Of a stretch of 64,000 nt of DNA, positions 35,580 to 48,111 are shown one piece after another. The translations under genes and the position numbers were made by a program. Source of the DNA: an uncultured Nitrospira sp. (GTDB taxonomy: Bacteria > Nitrospirota > Nitrospiria > SBBL01 > JAADHI01); NCBI GenBank assembly GCA_964451325.1, contig CAYVHO010000006.1, positions 49,959-113,958 on the forward strand, given 5' to 3'. Under the pieces are notes generated by a model. That model was not told the DNA's origin. It searched no databases and worked only from the letters and a program-made list of their open reading frames with translations. The number at the start of each line of letters is the position of its first letter. Within the stretch, counting starts at the first letter, position 1.

Positions 35580-36101
35580 ATGAATAGAGAAGAAAAAAAA
35601 GCGAGCGTTTCCCAGCTCAAGGACAAGTTTTCTCGTGCCAGTGTGGCGATATTGGCCGAGTTTTCTGGAATGGGTGTTGAGGAGCTTCGGCAGGTACGGA
35701 AAGAGTTGCGGGCAGCCGATGGTGAACTTCAGGTCGTCAAAAATAAGCTGGCCATTCGGGCTTCACTTGGAACGACAGCTGAGGCTCTCGGTGTCCACTT
35801 TAAAGGTCCGACGGTCGTGGCCTTTGGTTATGCTGATCCCGTTGCACCGACAAAGGCCCTCAAGGCAATTTCGGATAAACAAAAAAAGCTAAAGATAAAA
35901 GCAGGCGTTATTGAGGGAACAGTTGTCGATCTGGAGGATTTCAAAAAGATCGCGCTCTTGCCTTCTAAAGATGTTTTGATTGCAGAATTGATTGCTCGTT
36001 TTAATGGCCCAATTACAGGGTTTGCGGGTAGCCTTAATGGCATTCTAAGCAAATTTGTCCGTGCATTGGATGCGGTTCAGCAACAACGAAAAGATTCTTA
36101 A
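35580..36101 (+). CDS. rplJ: 50S ribosomal protein L10
   Basis: Start at ATG 35580 within the longer ORF-track frame, which overlaps rplA. MNREEKKASVSQLKDKF. Confidence 0.95.
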   Translation: MNREEKKASVSQLKDKFSRASVAILAEFSGMGVEELRQVRKELRAADGELQVVKNKLAIRASLGTTAEALGVHFKGPTVVAFGYADPVAPTKALKAISDKQKKLKIKAGVIEGTVVDLEDFKKIALLPSKDVLIAELIARFNGPITGFAGSLNGILSKFVRALDAVQQQRKDS

Positions 36102-36164
36102 ATATTGTAGTGGTGACATGGTCTTGGGGGCTTGCCCATAGACCTTAACGAGGAGGATGAAAAA

Positions 36165-36554
36165 GTGGCAACAGCAGAATTAACAAATGAAGCAATTTTA
36201 ACCGCAGTCGAAAAAATGCCTGTACTTCAACTTTCAGAGTTGATCAAGATGGTTGAAGAGCGTTTTGGTGTTTCCGCAGCAGCACCTGTCGCTGTTGCAG
36301 CTGCCCCAGCGGGTGGTGGCACTGTAGAAGCTGTAGCGGAAAAAACCGAGTTTGATGTGATTTTAGCCAGTATTGGCGATAAAAAAATTCAGGTCATTAA
36401 AGCGGTTCGTGAAGTAACCAGCCTTGGTTTGAAAGAAGCAAAGGCTTTGGTGGATGGTGCACCTACACCGATCAAAACAGGTTTGTCCAAGGATGATGCC
36501 GAAGAGATGAAGAAAAGCCTGGAAGCCTCGGGTGCGACGATCGAAGTCAAATAG
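36165..36554 (+). CDS. rplL: 50S ribosomal protein L7/L12
   Basis: GTG 36165 after GAGGAGGA. ..[22 protein letters not shown].., C-terminal [12 protein letters not shown]. Confidence 0.95.
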   Translation: MATAELTNEAILTAVEKMPVLQLSELIKMVEERFGVSAAAPVAVAAAPAGGGTVEAVAEKTEFDVILASIGDKKIQVIKAVREVTSLGLKEAKALVDGAPTPIKTGLSKDDAEEMKKSLEASGATIEVK

Positions 36555-36580
36555 AACCTCAATTTTTTGGTAATCATTAA

Positions 36581-36611
36581 GGGTCTTTTTTTATGAGAAG
36601 GCCCATTTTTT
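36581..36611 (+). terminator. rplL-rpoB intergenic attenuator-type hairpin
   Basis: GGGTCTT / AAGGCCC stem (one G-U), 10-nt loop, then ATTTTTT. Overlaps the ORF-track rpoB start at 36593. Confidence 0.55.
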
Positions 36612-36634
36612 CTTCAAACCTGCGTGGAGGGCAT

Positions 36635-39600
36635 ATGGCACAGCGGTCTGGTGTCAAAGTCAGAAAGCGGAAAGATTTTTCAAAAATTCCCGTTAAAATT
36701 GGGATTCCTAATCTGATTGAAATACAAAAGGCGTCGTACGAACGTTTTATGCAACGTGAAGTGCTGCACGATCAACGGATAGACATTGGTTTGCAATCGG
36801 CATTTACCTCGGTTTTTCCGATTGCGGATTACAATAATACAACGATGATTGAGTTTATAGATTATTCAATCGGAGGGCCGAAATATGACGTACAGGAATG
36901 CCTCGAACGTGGGATGACTTACGCCGCGCCGCTCAAAATTCGCGTGCGCTTGGTGATTTGGGACAAAGAAGTCAAAGGTGAAGCCAAAGTTCTTCGGGAT
37001 GTCCGAGAACAAGAGGTTTACATCGGTGAATTGCCACTCATGACGGAAAATGGGACCTTCTTGGTCAATGGAACAGAGCGAGTGGTCGTGAGTCAACTCC
37101 AGCGTTCACCGGGTGCAGCCTTTACGCATGACAAAGGAAAGACGCATCCGAGTGGGAAGATTCTATATTCGGGGCGGATTATTCCTTATCGTGGTTCCTG
37201 GCTCGATTTTGATATGGACGCCAAGGATATTTTGTATGTGCGTATTGACCGGAGGCGCAAGCTGCCGACAACCATTCTTCTGAAGGCTTTTATTCAGACT
37301 GAAAAGCAAGAGACAGGCCCGCGTTATTTTATCGATGGACGAGATGAGCGTGTTGAGGGGGATACACTTGACGAAGTCGTCTTAAGGCTTTTCTATCCGA
37401 TGGAAGATGTCTTTCTGGAAGATGGGGCCTTTTTTCGCCGCTTAAATCCTAAAATTCATGCAGGTATTCGTGTGCCTTCTGATTTGATGGACTCTGCTGG
37501 AAAAGAGGTACTGGTCAAGGAAGGAAATAAACTAACACGTGGTGCACTTCGAAAGGTAAAAGCCCAAGGCATTGAGTCGATACCCTATCCGCGTGAAGAA
37601 CTTGTGGGCAAAGCGGTCTTAAACGACGTGATTGATGAGTCCACGGGTGAAATTTTGATTGAGCAAAACCAGCTCTTGACAGAGGAGATTCTCGCCGCAA
37701 TCAGTGCGAGTGGCATCAACGAACTCACGCTGCTCTTTATTGACAACATTAATGTGCTTTCTGTCATGCGGGATACTTTATCGCTCGAAAAAGTTTCTTC
37801 TCCAGAAGAAGCCATGGTTGAAATCTATCGTAGGCTCCGTCCAGGAGAAACGCCCACGATGGATACGGCGAAGCTGCTTTTTGAAAATTTATTTACAAAT
37901 CCGAAACGCTACGATCTTTCTCCTGTCGGCCGTTTGAAAATCAACAAAAAACTAGGACTCAAACTCCCGCTCGAACATCGAACCTTAACGGATCAGGATG
38001 TTGTGGAAGTGATCCGCTACCTTATAGAGCTTAAGGCAGGTAAAGGGGTGATCGAAGACATTGATCATCTTGGAAACCGTCGTGTGCGTTCTGTCGGGGA
38101 GTTACTTGAAAACCAATTCCGTATTGGTTTGGTTCGCATGGAACGCACGATCAAGGAACGCATGAATTTGCTTGATCTTGAAACCGCGCTCCCGCACGAC
38201 CTCATCAATGCAAAACCTGTGATTGCGGTGGTGAAGGAATTTTTTGGCAGCAGTCAGCTGTCTCAGTTTATGGATCAGACCAATCCTTTGGCGGAGACAA
38301 CACACAAACGCCGTCTTTCTGCCTTGGGACCAGGAGGCTTGACCCGTGATCGTGCCGGTTTTGAGGTGCGGGATGTGCATCCCAGCCATTATGGGCGAAT
38401 TTGTCCGATTGAAACCCCGGAAGGGCCAAATATCGGTTTGATTACCTCTCTTGCAACCTATGCACGTGTCAATGAATTCGGTTTTATTGAATCGCCTTAT
38501 CATAAGGTTGTGGACAAACACGTCTCAAGTGAAGTGGAGTACCTTTCTGCAATTGACCGAGATCGACCGGTGATTGCACAGGCAAACACCGCCCTGGATA
38601 AAGATAGCAATATTATTGCTGAAGTCGTCTCGGCACGATCTTTGGGGGATTTTATCGTCGTGCCGCCAGAATCGGTTGAATATATGGATGTTTCTCCAAA
38701 ACAGATCGTGAGTGTGGCGACCTCTTTGATTCCCTTTTTAGAACATGATGATGCAAACCGGGCCTTGATGGGTTCAAACATGCAGCGTCAAGCCGTACCC
38801 TTGATTGCCTCAGAGGCCCCCTTGGTGGGAACGGGCATGGAAGGGGTGGTGGCCAGAGATTCCGGATACATTGTGCTTGCACGCCGTGGGGGTGTTGTCG
38901 AGAGTGTTGATGGTGAACGTATTGTCGTGAGGATTGAGGCCACTAAAGACGACGCGGCTGAAAATGCTGATGTGGAAATTGATGTCTACAAACTCATCAA
39001 GTTTCAGCGCTCCAATCAAAACACCTGTATCAATCAGCGCCCCATTATTTCTGTGGGAATGCGTGTGAAAAAGGGCGATGTGCTTGCTGACGGCCCCGCA
39101 ATTGATCAGGGCGAATTGGCTCTAGGGCGAAATATCCTCGTGGCCTTTATGCCCTGGGGAGGCTATAACTACGAAGATGCCATCCTCATCTCCGAAAAAC
39201 TGATTAAGAATGACACCTTTACTTCGATCAACATCGAGGAGTTTGACCTGGAGTCACGCGATACAAAGTTGGGCAAAGAAGAAATCACACGTGATATTCC
39301 CAGTGTGAGTGAAGAAGCCCTGATGAATCTGGATGAATCCGGTATTATTCGTGTGGGTGCTGAGGTGAAACCCGGAGATATTCTGGTCGGAAAAGTGACC
39401 CCAAAAGGGGAAACGCAGTTGACACCGGAAGAAAAGCTCTTGCGTGCAATCTTTGGTGAAAAGGCAGGAGATGTGAAAGATGCATCGCTGTATGTTCCGC
39501 CGGGCATCGAAGGTATTGTTGTGGATGTGAAGATTTTTTCGCGTCGCAGTGTTGAAAAAGATGAACGTTCTAAAACCATTGAACGGCAGGATTTAGGGAG

Positions 39601-40669
39601 AATTCATCGTGACCACAAAGACGAGCTGGGTATTATTGAACAGGAAAAATTCAAAAAACTGCGTTCTTTGATGATCGACATGCTTGTTGGTGTTGATATT
39701 GTTGATCCTGAAACGGGTGAAATTCTGCTCAAGAAAAAGAAAAAAATTACAGAAGAAATTCTTGAGAGAATTAAGAACAACTCCTTAAAACATATCACGC
39801 TAAGTGATAAGAAGGCGCAAGCCAAGATTGACCATGTTGAGGTTTTTCATAAAGAGCAGGTTGATATCTTGCAGACCATTTACGATGAAAAAGCGGGACG
39901 CCTAAAGCGCGGGGATGAATTGCCTCCGGGTGTGATTAAATTGGTTAAAGTTCTCGTCGCAATGAAAAGAAAGCTTCAGGTCGGAGATAAAATGGCCGGA
40001 CGTCATGGCAACAAAGGGGTGATTTCTCGGATTCTTCCTGAAGAAGACATGCCTTATTTGCCGGATGGTACGCCCGTTGAGCTGGTTTTAAATCCCCTGG
40101 GAGTGCCTTCAAGAATGAATGTCGGACAGATATTGGAAACCCATCTGGGTTGGGCTGCGCATGTCTTGGGTGTTCATGTTGCGACCCCTGTGTTTGACGG
40201 TGCAACTGAAGAAGAAGTGAAAGCCATGCTTCGAGAAGCCAATCTTTCTGATAGTGGTCAGACCATTTTATATGACGGTAAAAGCGGGGAAGCTTTTAAA
40301 AGACCTGTGACGGTCGGCAAAATGTACATTCTGAAATTACATCATCTTGTCGATGATAAAATTCATGCAAGATCCATCGGGCCTTATTCCTTGGTGACAC
40401 AGCAACCTTTGGGAGGGAAAGCCCAATTCGGAGGGCAGCGTCTAGGGGAAATGGAAGTCTGGGCGCTTCAGGCCTACGGTGCTGCGTCGATTCTTCAGGA
40501 GTTTTTGACGGTGAAGTCCGATGATGTTCCCGGGCGTTCGCGTATTTATGAAGCGATTGTCAAAGGGGAGCACTTTTTAGAGTCGGGGCTTCCTGAATCA
40601 TTCAACGTGCTCATCAAAGAACTTCAAAGTTTAGGTCTTGATGTGGAGTTGATTCCGGCGGGTGCTTAG
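36635..40669 (+). CDS. rpoB: RNA polymerase beta subunit
   Basis: Start ATG 36635 (SD GGAGGG). Full-length beta with the [13 protein letters not shown] motif. Confidence 0.99.
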   Translation: MAQRSGVKVRKRKDFSKIPVKIGIPNLIEIQKASYERFMQREVLHDQRIDIGLQSAFTSVFPIADYNNTTMIEFIDYSIGGPKYDVQECLERGMTYAAPLKIRVRLVIWDKEVKGEAKVLRDVREQEVYIGELPLMTENGTFLVNGTERVVVSQLQRSPGAAFTHDKGKTHPSGKILYSGRIIPYRGSWLDFDMDAKDILYVRIDRRRKLPTTILLKAFIQTEKQETGPRYFIDGRDERVEGDTLDEVVLRLFYPMEDVFLEDGAFFRRLNPKIHAGIRVPSDLMDSAGKEVLVKEGNKLTRGALRKVKAQGIESIPYPREELVGKAVLNDVIDESTGEILIEQNQLLTEEILAAISASGINELTLLFIDNINVLSVMRDTLSLEKVSSPEEAMVEIYRRLRPGETPTMDTAKLLFENLFTNPKRYDLSPVGRLKINKKLGLKLPLEHRTLTDQDVVEVIRYLIELKAGKGVIEDIDHLGNRRVRSVGELLENQFRIGLVRMERTIKERMNLLDLETALPHDLINAKPVIAVVKEFFGSSQLSQFMDQTNPLAETTHKRRLSALGPGGLTRDRAGFEVRDVHPSHYGRICPIETPEGPNIGLITSLATYARVNEFGFIESPYHKVVDKHVSSEVEYLSAIDRDRPVIAQANTALDKDSNIIAEVVSARSLGDFIVVPPESVEYMDVSPKQIVSVATSLIPFLEHDDANRALMGSNMQRQAVPLIASEAPLVGTGMEGVVARDSGYIVLARRGGVVESVDGERIVVRIEATKDDAAENADVEIDVYKLIKFQRSNQNTCINQRPIISVGMRVKKGDVLADGPAIDQGELALGRNILVAFMPWGGYNYEDAILISEKLIKNDTFTSINIEEFDLESRDTKLGKEEITRDIPSVSEEALMNLDESGIIRVGAEVKPGDILVGKVTPKGETQLTPEEKLLRAIFGEKAGDVKDASLYVPPGIEGIVVDVKIFSRRSVEKDERSKTIERQDLGRIHRDHKDELGIIEQEKFKKLRSLMIDMLVGVDIVDPETGEILLKKKKKITEEILERIKNNSLKHITLSDKKAQAKIDHVEVFHKEQVDILQTIYDEKAGRLKRGDELPPGVIKLVKVLVAMKRKLQVGDKMAGRHGNKGVISRILPEEDMPYLPDGTPVELVLNPLGVPSRMNVGQILETHLGWAAHVLGVHVATPVFDGATEEEVKAMLREANLSDSGQTILYDGKSGEAFKRPVTVGKMYILKLHHLVDDKIHARSIGPYSLVTQQPLGGKAQFGGQRLGEMEVWALQAYGAASILQEFLTVKSDDVPGRSRIYEAIVKGEHFLESGLPESFNVLIKELQSLGLDVELIPAGA

Positions 40670-40765
40670 AACATCGAGCTGGATCGCCTGGCAATTTTCA
40701 ATTTTATTTTATACTGAGTTTCGCAATTTTCAGAGATAAGCTAACCTTAAGGGTTTGGAGGTTTG

Positions 40766-43700
40766 ATGCAAACAATCGATAAGGTTGAAACAGTAAAGGG
40801 TTTTTTTGAGAAATCAAAAAGTCCGATTTCTTTTGATGCCATCCGTATTCGGATTGCCTCAAGTGAAAAAATTCGTTCGTGGTCTTATGGTGAGGTCAAA
40901 AAGCCAGAGACCATCAACTACCGCTCATTTAAACCAGAACGTGATGGTCTTTTTTGTGCCCGAATCTTTGGGCCTGTGAAAGACTGGGAGTGTAACTGCG
41001 GCAAATACAAACGCATGAAACACCGTGGTATCGTTTGTGATAAGTGTGGTGTTGAGGTGATTCAGTCCAAGGTGCGTCGTGAACGTATGGGACATATTGA
41101 ATTGGCTTCACCTGTGGCACACATCTGGTTTTTAAAAGGGATTCCGAGCCGTATTGCAATTTTATTGGACGTGACGCTCAAACTACTAGAACGTGTGCTT
41201 TATTTTGAGAATTACATCGTTGTTGATCCGAGAGATTCGGGTTTACAAGAAAAAGACATCATTACAGAAGATCAGTATCGTAGCCTGATGGAAGAACATG
41301 GGCCAGGTGGTTTTGTGGCTGAAATGGGTGCAGAGGCCATTCGCGAAATCCTAAAAGCAATCGATTTGGAGGAGCTTTGGGAAACCCTTCAGCAAAAACT
41401 CGCAGATTCGACTTCGGCTGCTGCACAGAAAAAATTAACAAAACGTCTTAAGGTCGTTGAGTCTTTCAGAAAATCGGGAAACCTGCCTGAATGGATGGTT
41501 TTAGATGTCGTGCCTGTGCTTCCACCAGAACTTCGTCCCCTGGTGCCGCTTGATGGAGGACGTTTTGCGACATCAGATTTGAATGATCTTTATCGACGTG
41601 TCATTAACCGCAATAATCGTTTGAAGCGTCTTCTTGAATTGAAGGCCCCTTCCATTATTATTCGTAACGAAAAACGAATGCTTCAGGAATCGGTAGATGC
41701 CCTTTTTGACAATGGGCGTCGTGGACGTGCGATTCGCGGACCCAATAAACGTCCTCTCAAATCGCTTTCCGATATGCTCAAAGGAAAACAGGGCCGTTTT
41801 CGTCAGAATTTGTTGGGGAAACGTGTCGATTATTCCGGACGTTCGGTGATTGTGGTTGGGCCTGAATTAAAATTACATCAATGTGGTCTTCCCAAAAAAA
41901 TGGCACTTGAACTCTTTAAGCCCTTTATTTATCACAAGTTGGAAGCGCGTGGGGCCGTCACGACCATTAAGAGCGCAAAAAAAATGGTGGAACGGGAAAG
42001 TCCCGAGGTCTGGGATATTTTAGATGAGGTCATCCGTGAACACCCTGTTCTTTTAAATCGTGCACCCACCTTACATCGACTTGGGATTCAGGCCTTTGAT
42101 CCAGTGCTTGTCGAAGGCAAGGCGATTCGCTTGCATCCTCTCGTCTGTGCGGCTTTTAACGCTGATTTTGATGGGGATCAAATGGCCGTTCATTTGCCGC
42201 TCTCAATCGAAGCGCAGATTGAGGCCAGGGTATTGATGATGTCCATCAATAATGTGCTTTCTCCTGCCAGTGGTCAGCCCATCATGGTGCCTTCACAGGA
42301 CATGATTTTAGGGTGTTATTGGTTGACCAAGGAGCGGCCCGGTGCAAAGGGTGAGGGTAAAATCTTTTTTGGTCCTGAGGAAGTACGCGTTGCCTATGAT
42401 CACCACGTGGTCGAAGAACACGCTCGCATTAAGGTCAAGCTTGATGGTGTGTTGGTGGACACAACGGTTGGGCGGGTGATTTTTGGCGAAATCCTCCCCC
42501 AAAAAACACCGTTCTCCGCAGTGAATCGCACACTCAATAAAAAGGCTTTGGTTAAGATGATTTTTGAGGCCTATCGTGATGCAGGTCATCGTGAGACCGT
42601 TATATTTTTGGATCGCGTCAAAGAGCTTGGTTTTACTTATGCAACCCGTGCGGGGATTTCCATTTGTATCGATGACATGCATATCCCGAGTAAAAAGGCC
42701 TCCTTGATCGAGAAAGCCCGAAAGGAAGTGGGTGAGATCGAAGAGCAGTACGCAAATGGACTCATTACCAATGGAGAACGCTATAACAAGGTCGTCGATA
42801 TTTGGGCCCATGTTACGGATGTTGTGGCCACTGAAATGATGACGGAATTGTCCGAGGTTGAGGTGACTTCCGAAGTGGGTGAAGTTGGAAAGCCGAATCG
42901 TACAAAATTTAACTCTATTTATATGATGGCGGATTCAGGTGCGCGAGGAAGTGCACAACAAATCAGGCAATTGGGGGGGATGCGAGGCTTGATGGCAAAA
43001 CCTTCTGGTGAAATTATCGAAACCCCGATTACCGCTAATTTTAGGGAAGGTTTGACTGTTCTTCAGTATTTTATCTCGACACATGGTGCGAGAAAAGGGC
43101 TGGCGGACACTGCTTTAAAAACAGCCAATTCGGGTTATCTCACACGCCGTTTAGTTGATATTTCTCAAGATGTTATTGTCAAATTGCTTGACTGCGAGAC
43201 ACCTGATAGCATCTCGGTGATGGCCCTTGTTGAAGGGGGTGAAATCATTGAGCCGCTTGAAGAGCGTATTTCGGGTCGCGTCGCTGCGGAGGATATTCTT
43301 GATCCGATTACAGGCGAGTTGATTTGTTCTGCGAATGATGATCTTAATGAGGATCGCACTCAGGCTGTTGTTGATTCTGGGATTGACCGAGTCAAAATTC
43401 GTTCTACATTGACCTGTCAGGCCAGATGGGGGGTCTGTGCAAAGTGTTATGGTTTAGACCTTTCGCGTGGCGAAGAGGTTGAATTGGGTGAGGCCGTGGG
43501 TGTCATTGCGGCGCAATCCATTGGAGAGCCGGGCACCCAGCTGACCATGCGGACCTTTCATATTGGTGGTACGGCAAGTAAGGTGATTGAACAAACGACT
43601 CTGGAGGCAAAAAATGCCGGTGTCGTGAAGTATCTACAGCTCAATACAGTAAAGGACAAACATGGCGATATGATCGTCATGAATCGTAATGGTAAGATCG

Positions 43701-44944
43701 CGATTTATGACGAAACAGGCCGTGAAAAAGAGAAATATTCTGTTGTCTACGGTGCAAAAATCAAGGTCAAAGAAAATGCCACGGTTTCTGCGTCCCAGCG
43801 TTTAGTCGAATGGGATCCGTATTCACTTGCCATCCTGACCGAAGTCGGTGGCAAGGTTGCGATGGGTGATGTGGTTGAGGGCATGACCATGCGTGAAGAG
43901 GTGGATGAGGTGACAGGCCTTGCACGACGCGTTATTGTGGATTATCCCGGTGCGATGCGTCCTCGTATTTCAATCAAAGATAAGTCGGGTCGGACGGCGA
44001 AGCTACCTTCGACTGGGATGGTTGCGCGTTATCTTCTCCCTGCTGGCGCACATATTTTTGTTGAAAAAGGGCAAGAGATGAGTCCGGGAGATGTACTGGC
44101 GAAGATTCCAAGAGAGACAACCAAAACAAAGGATATCACCGGTGGTTTGCCGCGTGTCGCCGAATTATTTGAAGCCAGAAAACCAAAAGAGCTGACGATT
44201 ATTTCGGAGATTGATGGAACCGTGGAATATGGCGGTTTTGTCAAAGGCATGCGTAAGGTCATTGTCAAAAACGAACTGGGTGATATGCGCGAATATTTCA
44301 TTCCTAAAGGCAAACATGTCAATGTTCATGAAGGAGACTGGGTGAGTGCAGGAGAGGCTCTGATGGATGGTTCAGCCAATCCCCATGACATTCTTGATGT
44401 GCTTGGACCAAAGGCCCTGCAACAGTATCTTGTAGACGAGGTGCAGGAAGTTTATCGTCTTCAGGGGGTTTCAATTAACGATAAACATATTGAGATCATC
44501 GTCCGTCAAATGTTGCGTCGCGTCAAAATTGAAGCATCGGGTGATACCGGATTTCTTATTGGTGCTCAGGTAGATAAGTTTGCTTTTGCGGAAGAAAATG
44601 AAAAGGTCATGAATAAGGGGGGGCAGCCTGCGATCGGTAAACCGATTTTGTTGGGGATTACAAAAGGTGCGCTTTCAACCGATAGTTTTATCTCTGCAGC
44701 GTCCTTCCAGGAAACCACCCGTGTATTAACGGAGGCGGCGATCAGTGGGAAAGTCGATCATCTCTTAGGGCTTAAGGAAAATGTCATTGTCGGGCGTCTT
44801 ATTCCCGCAGGCACCGGGCCAGCACGTTATCGGGAGGTCTATGCCCGTTTGCCAAAATCTGAATTATCCGGCGAAAATGAAACATCTGAGACAACATTGT
44901 CAGGTGAAACTGCGGAGCAAAAAATCCCCAGTAAAACCGCTTGA
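40766..44944 (+). CDS. rpoC: RNA polymerase beta' subunit
   Basis: Zinc motif [20 protein letters not shown], catalytic NADFDGD. Confidence 0.99.
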   Translation: MQTIDKVETVKGFFEKSKSPISFDAIRIRIASSEKIRSWSYGEVKKPETINYRSFKPERDGLFCARIFGPVKDWECNCGKYKRMKHRGIVCDKCGVEVIQSKVRRERMGHIELASPVAHIWFLKGIPSRIAILLDVTLKLLERVLYFENYIVVDPRDSGLQEKDIITEDQYRSLMEEHGPGGFVAEMGAEAIREILKAIDLEELWETLQQKLADSTSAAAQKKLTKRLKVVESFRKSGNLPEWMVLDVVPVLPPELRPLVPLDGGRFATSDLNDLYRRVINRNNRLKRLLELKAPSIIIRNEKRMLQESVDALFDNGRRGRAIRGPNKRPLKSLSDMLKGKQGRFRQNLLGKRVDYSGRSVIVVGPELKLHQCGLPKKMALELFKPFIYHKLEARGAVTTIKSAKKMVERESPEVWDILDEVIREHPVLLNRAPTLHRLGIQAFDPVLVEGKAIRLHPLVCAAFNADFDGDQMAVHLPLSIEAQIEARVLMMSINNVLSPASGQPIMVPSQDMILGCYWLTKERPGAKGEGKIFFGPEEVRVAYDHHVVEEHARIKVKLDGVLVDTTVGRVIFGEILPQKTPFSAVNRTLNKKALVKMIFEAYRDAGHRETVIFLDRVKELGFTYATRAGISICIDDMHIPSKKASLIEKARKEVGEIEEQYANGLITNGERYNKVVDIWAHVTDVVATEMMTELSEVEVTSEVGEVGKPNRTKFNSIYMMADSGARGSAQQIRQLGGMRGLMAKPSGEIIETPITANFREGLTVLQYFISTHGARKGLADTALKTANSGYLTRRLVDISQDVIVKLLDCETPDSISVMALVEGGEIIEPLEERISGRVAAEDILDPITGELICSANDDLNEDRTQAVVDSGIDRVKIRSTLTCQARWGVCAKCYGLDLSRGEEVELGEAVGVIAAQSIGEPGTQLTMRTFHIGGTASKVIEQTTLEAKNAGVVKYLQLNTVKDKHGDMIVMNRNGKIAIYDETGREKEKYSVVYGAKIKVKENATVSASQRLVEWDPYSLAILTEVGGKVAMGDVVEGMTMREEVDEVTGLARRVIVDYPGAMRPRISIKDKSGRTAKLPSTGMVARYLLPAGAHIFVEKGQEMSPGDVLAKIPRETTKTKDITGGLPRVAELFEARKPKELTIISEIDGTVEYGGFVKGMRKVIVKNELGDMREYFIPKGKHVNVHEGDWVSAGEALMDGSANPHDILDVLGPKALQQYLVDEVQEVYRLQGVSINDKHIEIIVRQMLRRVKIEASGDTGFLIGAQVDKFAFAEENEKVMNKGGQPAIGKPILLGITKGALSTDSFISAASFQETTRVLTEAAISGKVDHLLGLKENVIVGRLIPAGTGPARYREVYARLPKSELSGENETSETTLSGETAEQKIPSKTA

Positions 44945-44969
44945 CATGCAAAAGAGTTTTCCATATAAT
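44941..44969 (+). promoter_or_regulatory. Perfect-consensus sigma70 promoter of rpsL-rpsG-fusA-tuf, overlapping the rpoC stop
   Basis: TTGACA (44941-44946, contains rpoC TGA 44942-44944), 17 nt, TATAAT (44964-44969). Confidence 0.75.
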
Positions 44970-45001
44970 GCTGAAGTTTTGGGGGTGGAGAGTAAATAAT
45001 T

Positions 45002-45373
45002 ATGCCGACAATTAATCAATTGGTCAAAAACGGGCGACTTAAAGCGCAGTCAAAAACGAAAAGTCCTGCCCTGAAGCGCTCGCCTCAACGCAGAGGTGTT
45101 TGTGTCCGTGTTTATACAACGACACCCAAAAAGCCAAATTCAGCATTACGCAAAGTTGCACGTGTTCGTTTGACGAATGGCATCGAAGTGACCTCTTATA
45201 TCCCTGGTGAGGGTCATAACCTTCAGGAACATTCCATTGTTCTGGTGCGTGGTGGAAAAGTGAAGGATTTACCGGGTGTTCGTTATCATATTGTCCGTGG
45301 TGCCTTAGATACTGTAGGGGTTTCTGATCGGAAGCAGGGGCGTTCAAAATACGGTGCCAAAACGCCTAAATAA
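45002..45373 (+). CDS. rpsL: 30S ribosomal protein S12
   Basis: [12 protein letters not shown].. canonical S12. Confidence 0.99.
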   Translation: MPTINQLVKNGRLKAQSKTKSPALKRSPQRRGVCVRVYTTTPKKPNSALRKVARVRLTNGIEVTSYIPGEGHNLQEHSIVLVRGGKVKDLPGVRYHIVRGALDTVGVSDRKQGRSKYGAKTPK

Positions 45374-45405
45374 TTGTTTTGTTATTGGAGTTAAAGTCGA
45401 TTTAG

Positions 45406-45876
45406 ATGTCAAGACGAAAAGTAACAGTTAAAAGGGAAATTCTTCCTGATCCCCGTTTTGGGGATAGGCTGATTTCTAAGTTTATTAGTTTGTTGATGCG
45501 GGGTGGAAAGCGGAGTATCGCTGAGTCGATCTGCTACGATGCTTTTGATCAGATTCAAGAAAAAACAGGTTCTGATCCCTTGACGGTCTTCAAGGCTGCG
45601 GTTGATAATGTGAAGCCCCGGGTTGAAGTGAAGTCCCGTCGCGTGGGTGGCGCGTCCTATCAGGTTCCCGTTGAAATTCATCAAAACCGAAGAGTCACTT
45701 TGGCCTTACGCTGGCTGACCCGCTATGCACGTCAGCGTTCCGGTCGAACCATGCGTGATAAGCTTGCCGGTGAATTGCTGGATGCTTCCAGCAATGCGGG
45801 CGCTGCGGTGAAAAAAAGAGAAGATACGCACCGAATGGCGGATGCGAATAAGGCTTTTGCCCATTACCGTTGGTAA
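45406..45876 (+). CDS. rpsG: 30S ribosomal protein S7
   Basis: [20 protein letters not shown].. canonical S7. Confidence 0.99.
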   Translation: MSRRKVTVKREILPDPRFGDRLISKFISLLMRGGKRSIAESICYDAFDQIQEKTGSDPLTVFKAAVDNVKPRVEVKSRRVGGASYQVPVEIHQNRRVTLALRWLTRYARQRSGRTMRDKLAGELLDASSNAGAAVKKREDTHRMADANKAFAHYRW

Positions 45877-45904
45877 GTGGGTTCTTTATAATTTTTTTGT
45901 ATTG

Positions 45905-45942
45905 GGAGCGGGTGTTCTCTTTTGCCGCTCCTATTTTTTTTT
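45905..45942 (+). terminator. Intrinsic-terminator-like hairpin between rpsG and fusA
   Basis: GGAGCGG (45905-45911) / CCGCTCC (45925-45931), 13-nt loop, then TA + 9 T. Confidence 0.6.
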
Positions 45943-45965
45943 AGATCGAACGAAGGAAGTAAATC

Positions 45966-48047
45966 GTGTCTCGCGAATACGCATTAGATAAAACCCGGAA
46001 TATTGGCATCATGGCTCATATTGATGCGGGTAAGACGACGACGACAGAGCGTATTCTCTTTTATACGGGGGTGACGCATCGTATTGGCGAGGTTCATGAA
46101 GGTAACGCGACGATGGATTGGATGGAGCAGGAGCGTGAACGTGGCATTACCATTACTTCTGCCGCAACGACCTGTATCTGGAAGGATCATCGTATTAATA
46201 TTATTGATACACCAGGGCATGTTGATTTTACCATTGAGGTAGAGCGTTCCCTCCGTGTCTTAGATGGGGCCGTTGCCGTTTTTGATTCTGTTCAGGGTGT
46301 GGAACCTCAGTCTGAGACGGTTTGGCGCCAAGCGGATCGTTATCACGTTCCGCGTATTGCTTTTATGAATAAGATGGATCGCATGGGTGCTGATTTCTAT
46401 GCGGGTGTTCAGACCATGGTTGATCGTCTGGGTACCGTGCCTGTTCCGGTTCAAATTCCAATTGGAAAAGAAGCTGAATTTCGGGGTTCGGTTGATCTTA
46501 TTGGAATGAAGGGGATTTTTTTTGATGATGAAACCCTGGGCGCTAAATTTATCATTGGTGATATTCCTGATGATCTGCAAGGCATCGCAGAAGAGTATCG
46601 CAATAAGTTGATCGAAGTGGTTGCTGATTACGATGATGCCTTAATGGGGAAATATCTTGAGGGCCTTCCCGTTTCTTCTGGGGAAATTATCTCAGCCTTG
46701 CGGAAGGGCACACTTGCTCTGGAGATTGTTCCCGTTCTCTGTGGTTCTGCTTTTAAAAATAAGGGCGTTCAGCTCTTGATTGATGGCATTATCGATTTTT
46801 TGCCCGCTCCAACAGATATTCCCTCAGTCAAGGGGGTTGATTGCAAAACTGGAAATGACATAGAGCGAAGTGCAACCGATGAAGAGGATTTCTCTGCACT
46901 TGCTTTTAAAATCATGACCGATTCTTTTGTCGGGCAGTTGACTTTTTTCCGGGTCTATTCGGGTGTTCTTAAGGCGGGGTCTTATGTCTATAATTCGACA
47001 AAGGGTTCTAAGGAGCGTGTTGGTCGAATCTTAAAGATGCACGCGGATAAGCGAGAGGATGTTCAGGAGGTTCGCACCGGAGACATTGCTGCTGCAGTGG
47101 GTTTAAAGGGCACAAAAACAGGTGATACCTTGTGTGAGGAGAAAAATCCTGTGCTCTTGGAGGTCATGACCTTTCCCGAGCCTGTTATTTCCCTGGCCAT
47201 TGAGCCAAAGACCAAGGTGGATCAGGAAAAGCTGGGGCTTTCGCTTCAGAAGCTTTGTCATGAAGATCCTTCCTTGCGTGTTTCGTCAGACGAAGAAACC
47301 ATGCAGACCATTATTTCGGGCATGGGGGAGTTACATCTTGAAATCATTGTTGATCGTCTGAAGCGTGAGTTTAAGGTGGATGCCAATGTCGGTAAGCCGC
47401 AGGTTGCTTATCGAGAAACCATCCAGGCTGGGGCTGAAGCCGAAGGAAAGTATATTCGTCAGACAGGTGGACGTGGGCAATATGGTCATTGTTGGTTAAA
47501 GGTTGAGCCCCAGGAAGAAGACAAAGAATTTGAGTTCGTAAACAGTATTGTTGGTGGTTCAATTCCTCGGGAGTTTATTGCGCCGATTGAAAAGGGCGTG
47601 CGAGAGGCAACCACTTCTGGCGTTGTGGCGGGTTACCAAATGATTAATCTGAAAGTGACACTTTATGATGGATCCTTTCATGATGTGGACTCATCGGAAA
47701 CCGCATTTAAGATTGCGGGTTCTATGGCCTTTAAGTCAGCCACAAAAAAAGCCGATCCTGTTTTATTAGAGCCCATTATGGATTTGGAGGTTGTTGTTCC
47801 TGAGGAGTACATGGGCGATGTTATCGGTCGATTGAGTGCCAAGCGTGGAAAGATTTTGGGTATGACGATGCGAGGGGGTGCACAAGTCATTTCTTCATTG
47901 GTTCCTCTTGCAGAAATGTTTGGTTATGCGACAGACTTGCGCTCTATGACACAGGGGCGTGGTGTGTTTACGATGCAATTTTTGAAATATGGTGTCGTTC
48001 CTAAGGTGATTTCAGATGAAATTATTGCTAAAAACCAAGGAGCTTAG
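45966..48047 (+). CDS. fusA: Elongation factor G
   Basis: 693 aa, GTG start. [15 protein letters not shown]. Confidence 0.99.
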   Translation: MSREYALDKTRNIGIMAHIDAGKTTTTERILFYTGVTHRIGEVHEGNATMDWMEQERERGITITSAATTCIWKDHRINIIDTPGHVDFTIEVERSLRVLDGAVAVFDSVQGVEPQSETVWRQADRYHVPRIAFMNKMDRMGADFYAGVQTMVDRLGTVPVPVQIPIGKEAEFRGSVDLIGMKGIFFDDETLGAKFIIGDIPDDLQGIAEEYRNKLIEVVADYDDALMGKYLEGLPVSSGEIISALRKGTLALEIVPVLCGSAFKNKGVQLLIDGIIDFLPAPTDIPSVKGVDCKTGNDIERSATDEEDFSALAFKIMTDSFVGQLTFFRVYSGVLKAGSYVYNSTKGSKERVGRILKMHADKREDVQEVRTGDIAAAVGLKGTKTGDTLCEEKNPVLLEVMTFPEPVISLAIEPKTKVDQEKLGLSLQKLCHEDPSLRVSSDEETMQTIISGMGELHLEIIVDRLKREFKVDANVGKPQVAYRETIQAGAEAEGKYIRQTGGRGQYGHCWLKVEPQEEDKEFEFVNSIVGGSIPREFIAPIEKGVREATTSGVVAGYQMINLKVTLYDGSFHDVDSSETAFKIAGSMAFKSATKKADPVLLEPIMDLEVVVPEEYMGDVIGRLSAKRGKILGMTMRGGAQVISSLVPLAEMFGYATDLRSMTQGRGVFTMQFLKYGVVPKVISDEIIAKNQGA

Positions 48048-48064
48048 TTTCACTTTTAATTTTT

Positions 48065-48091
48065 AGTTGATAACAATCAACTTATTTTTTT
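48065..48091 (+). terminator. Weak AT-rich hairpin plus T-run between fusA and tuf
   Basis: AGTTGAT-AACA-ATCAACT followed by TATTTTTTT. Confidence 0.35.
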
Positions 48092-48111
48092 GTATTAGAG
48101 CGTAGAATTCG

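Noticed and set aside
45887-45892. A TATAAT hexamer just after the rpsG stop as a fusA promoter.
   Set aside because: There is no acceptable -35 (TTACCG at 17 nt). It also lies upstream of the 45905-45942 terminator hairpin, so transcripts from it would terminate before fusA.
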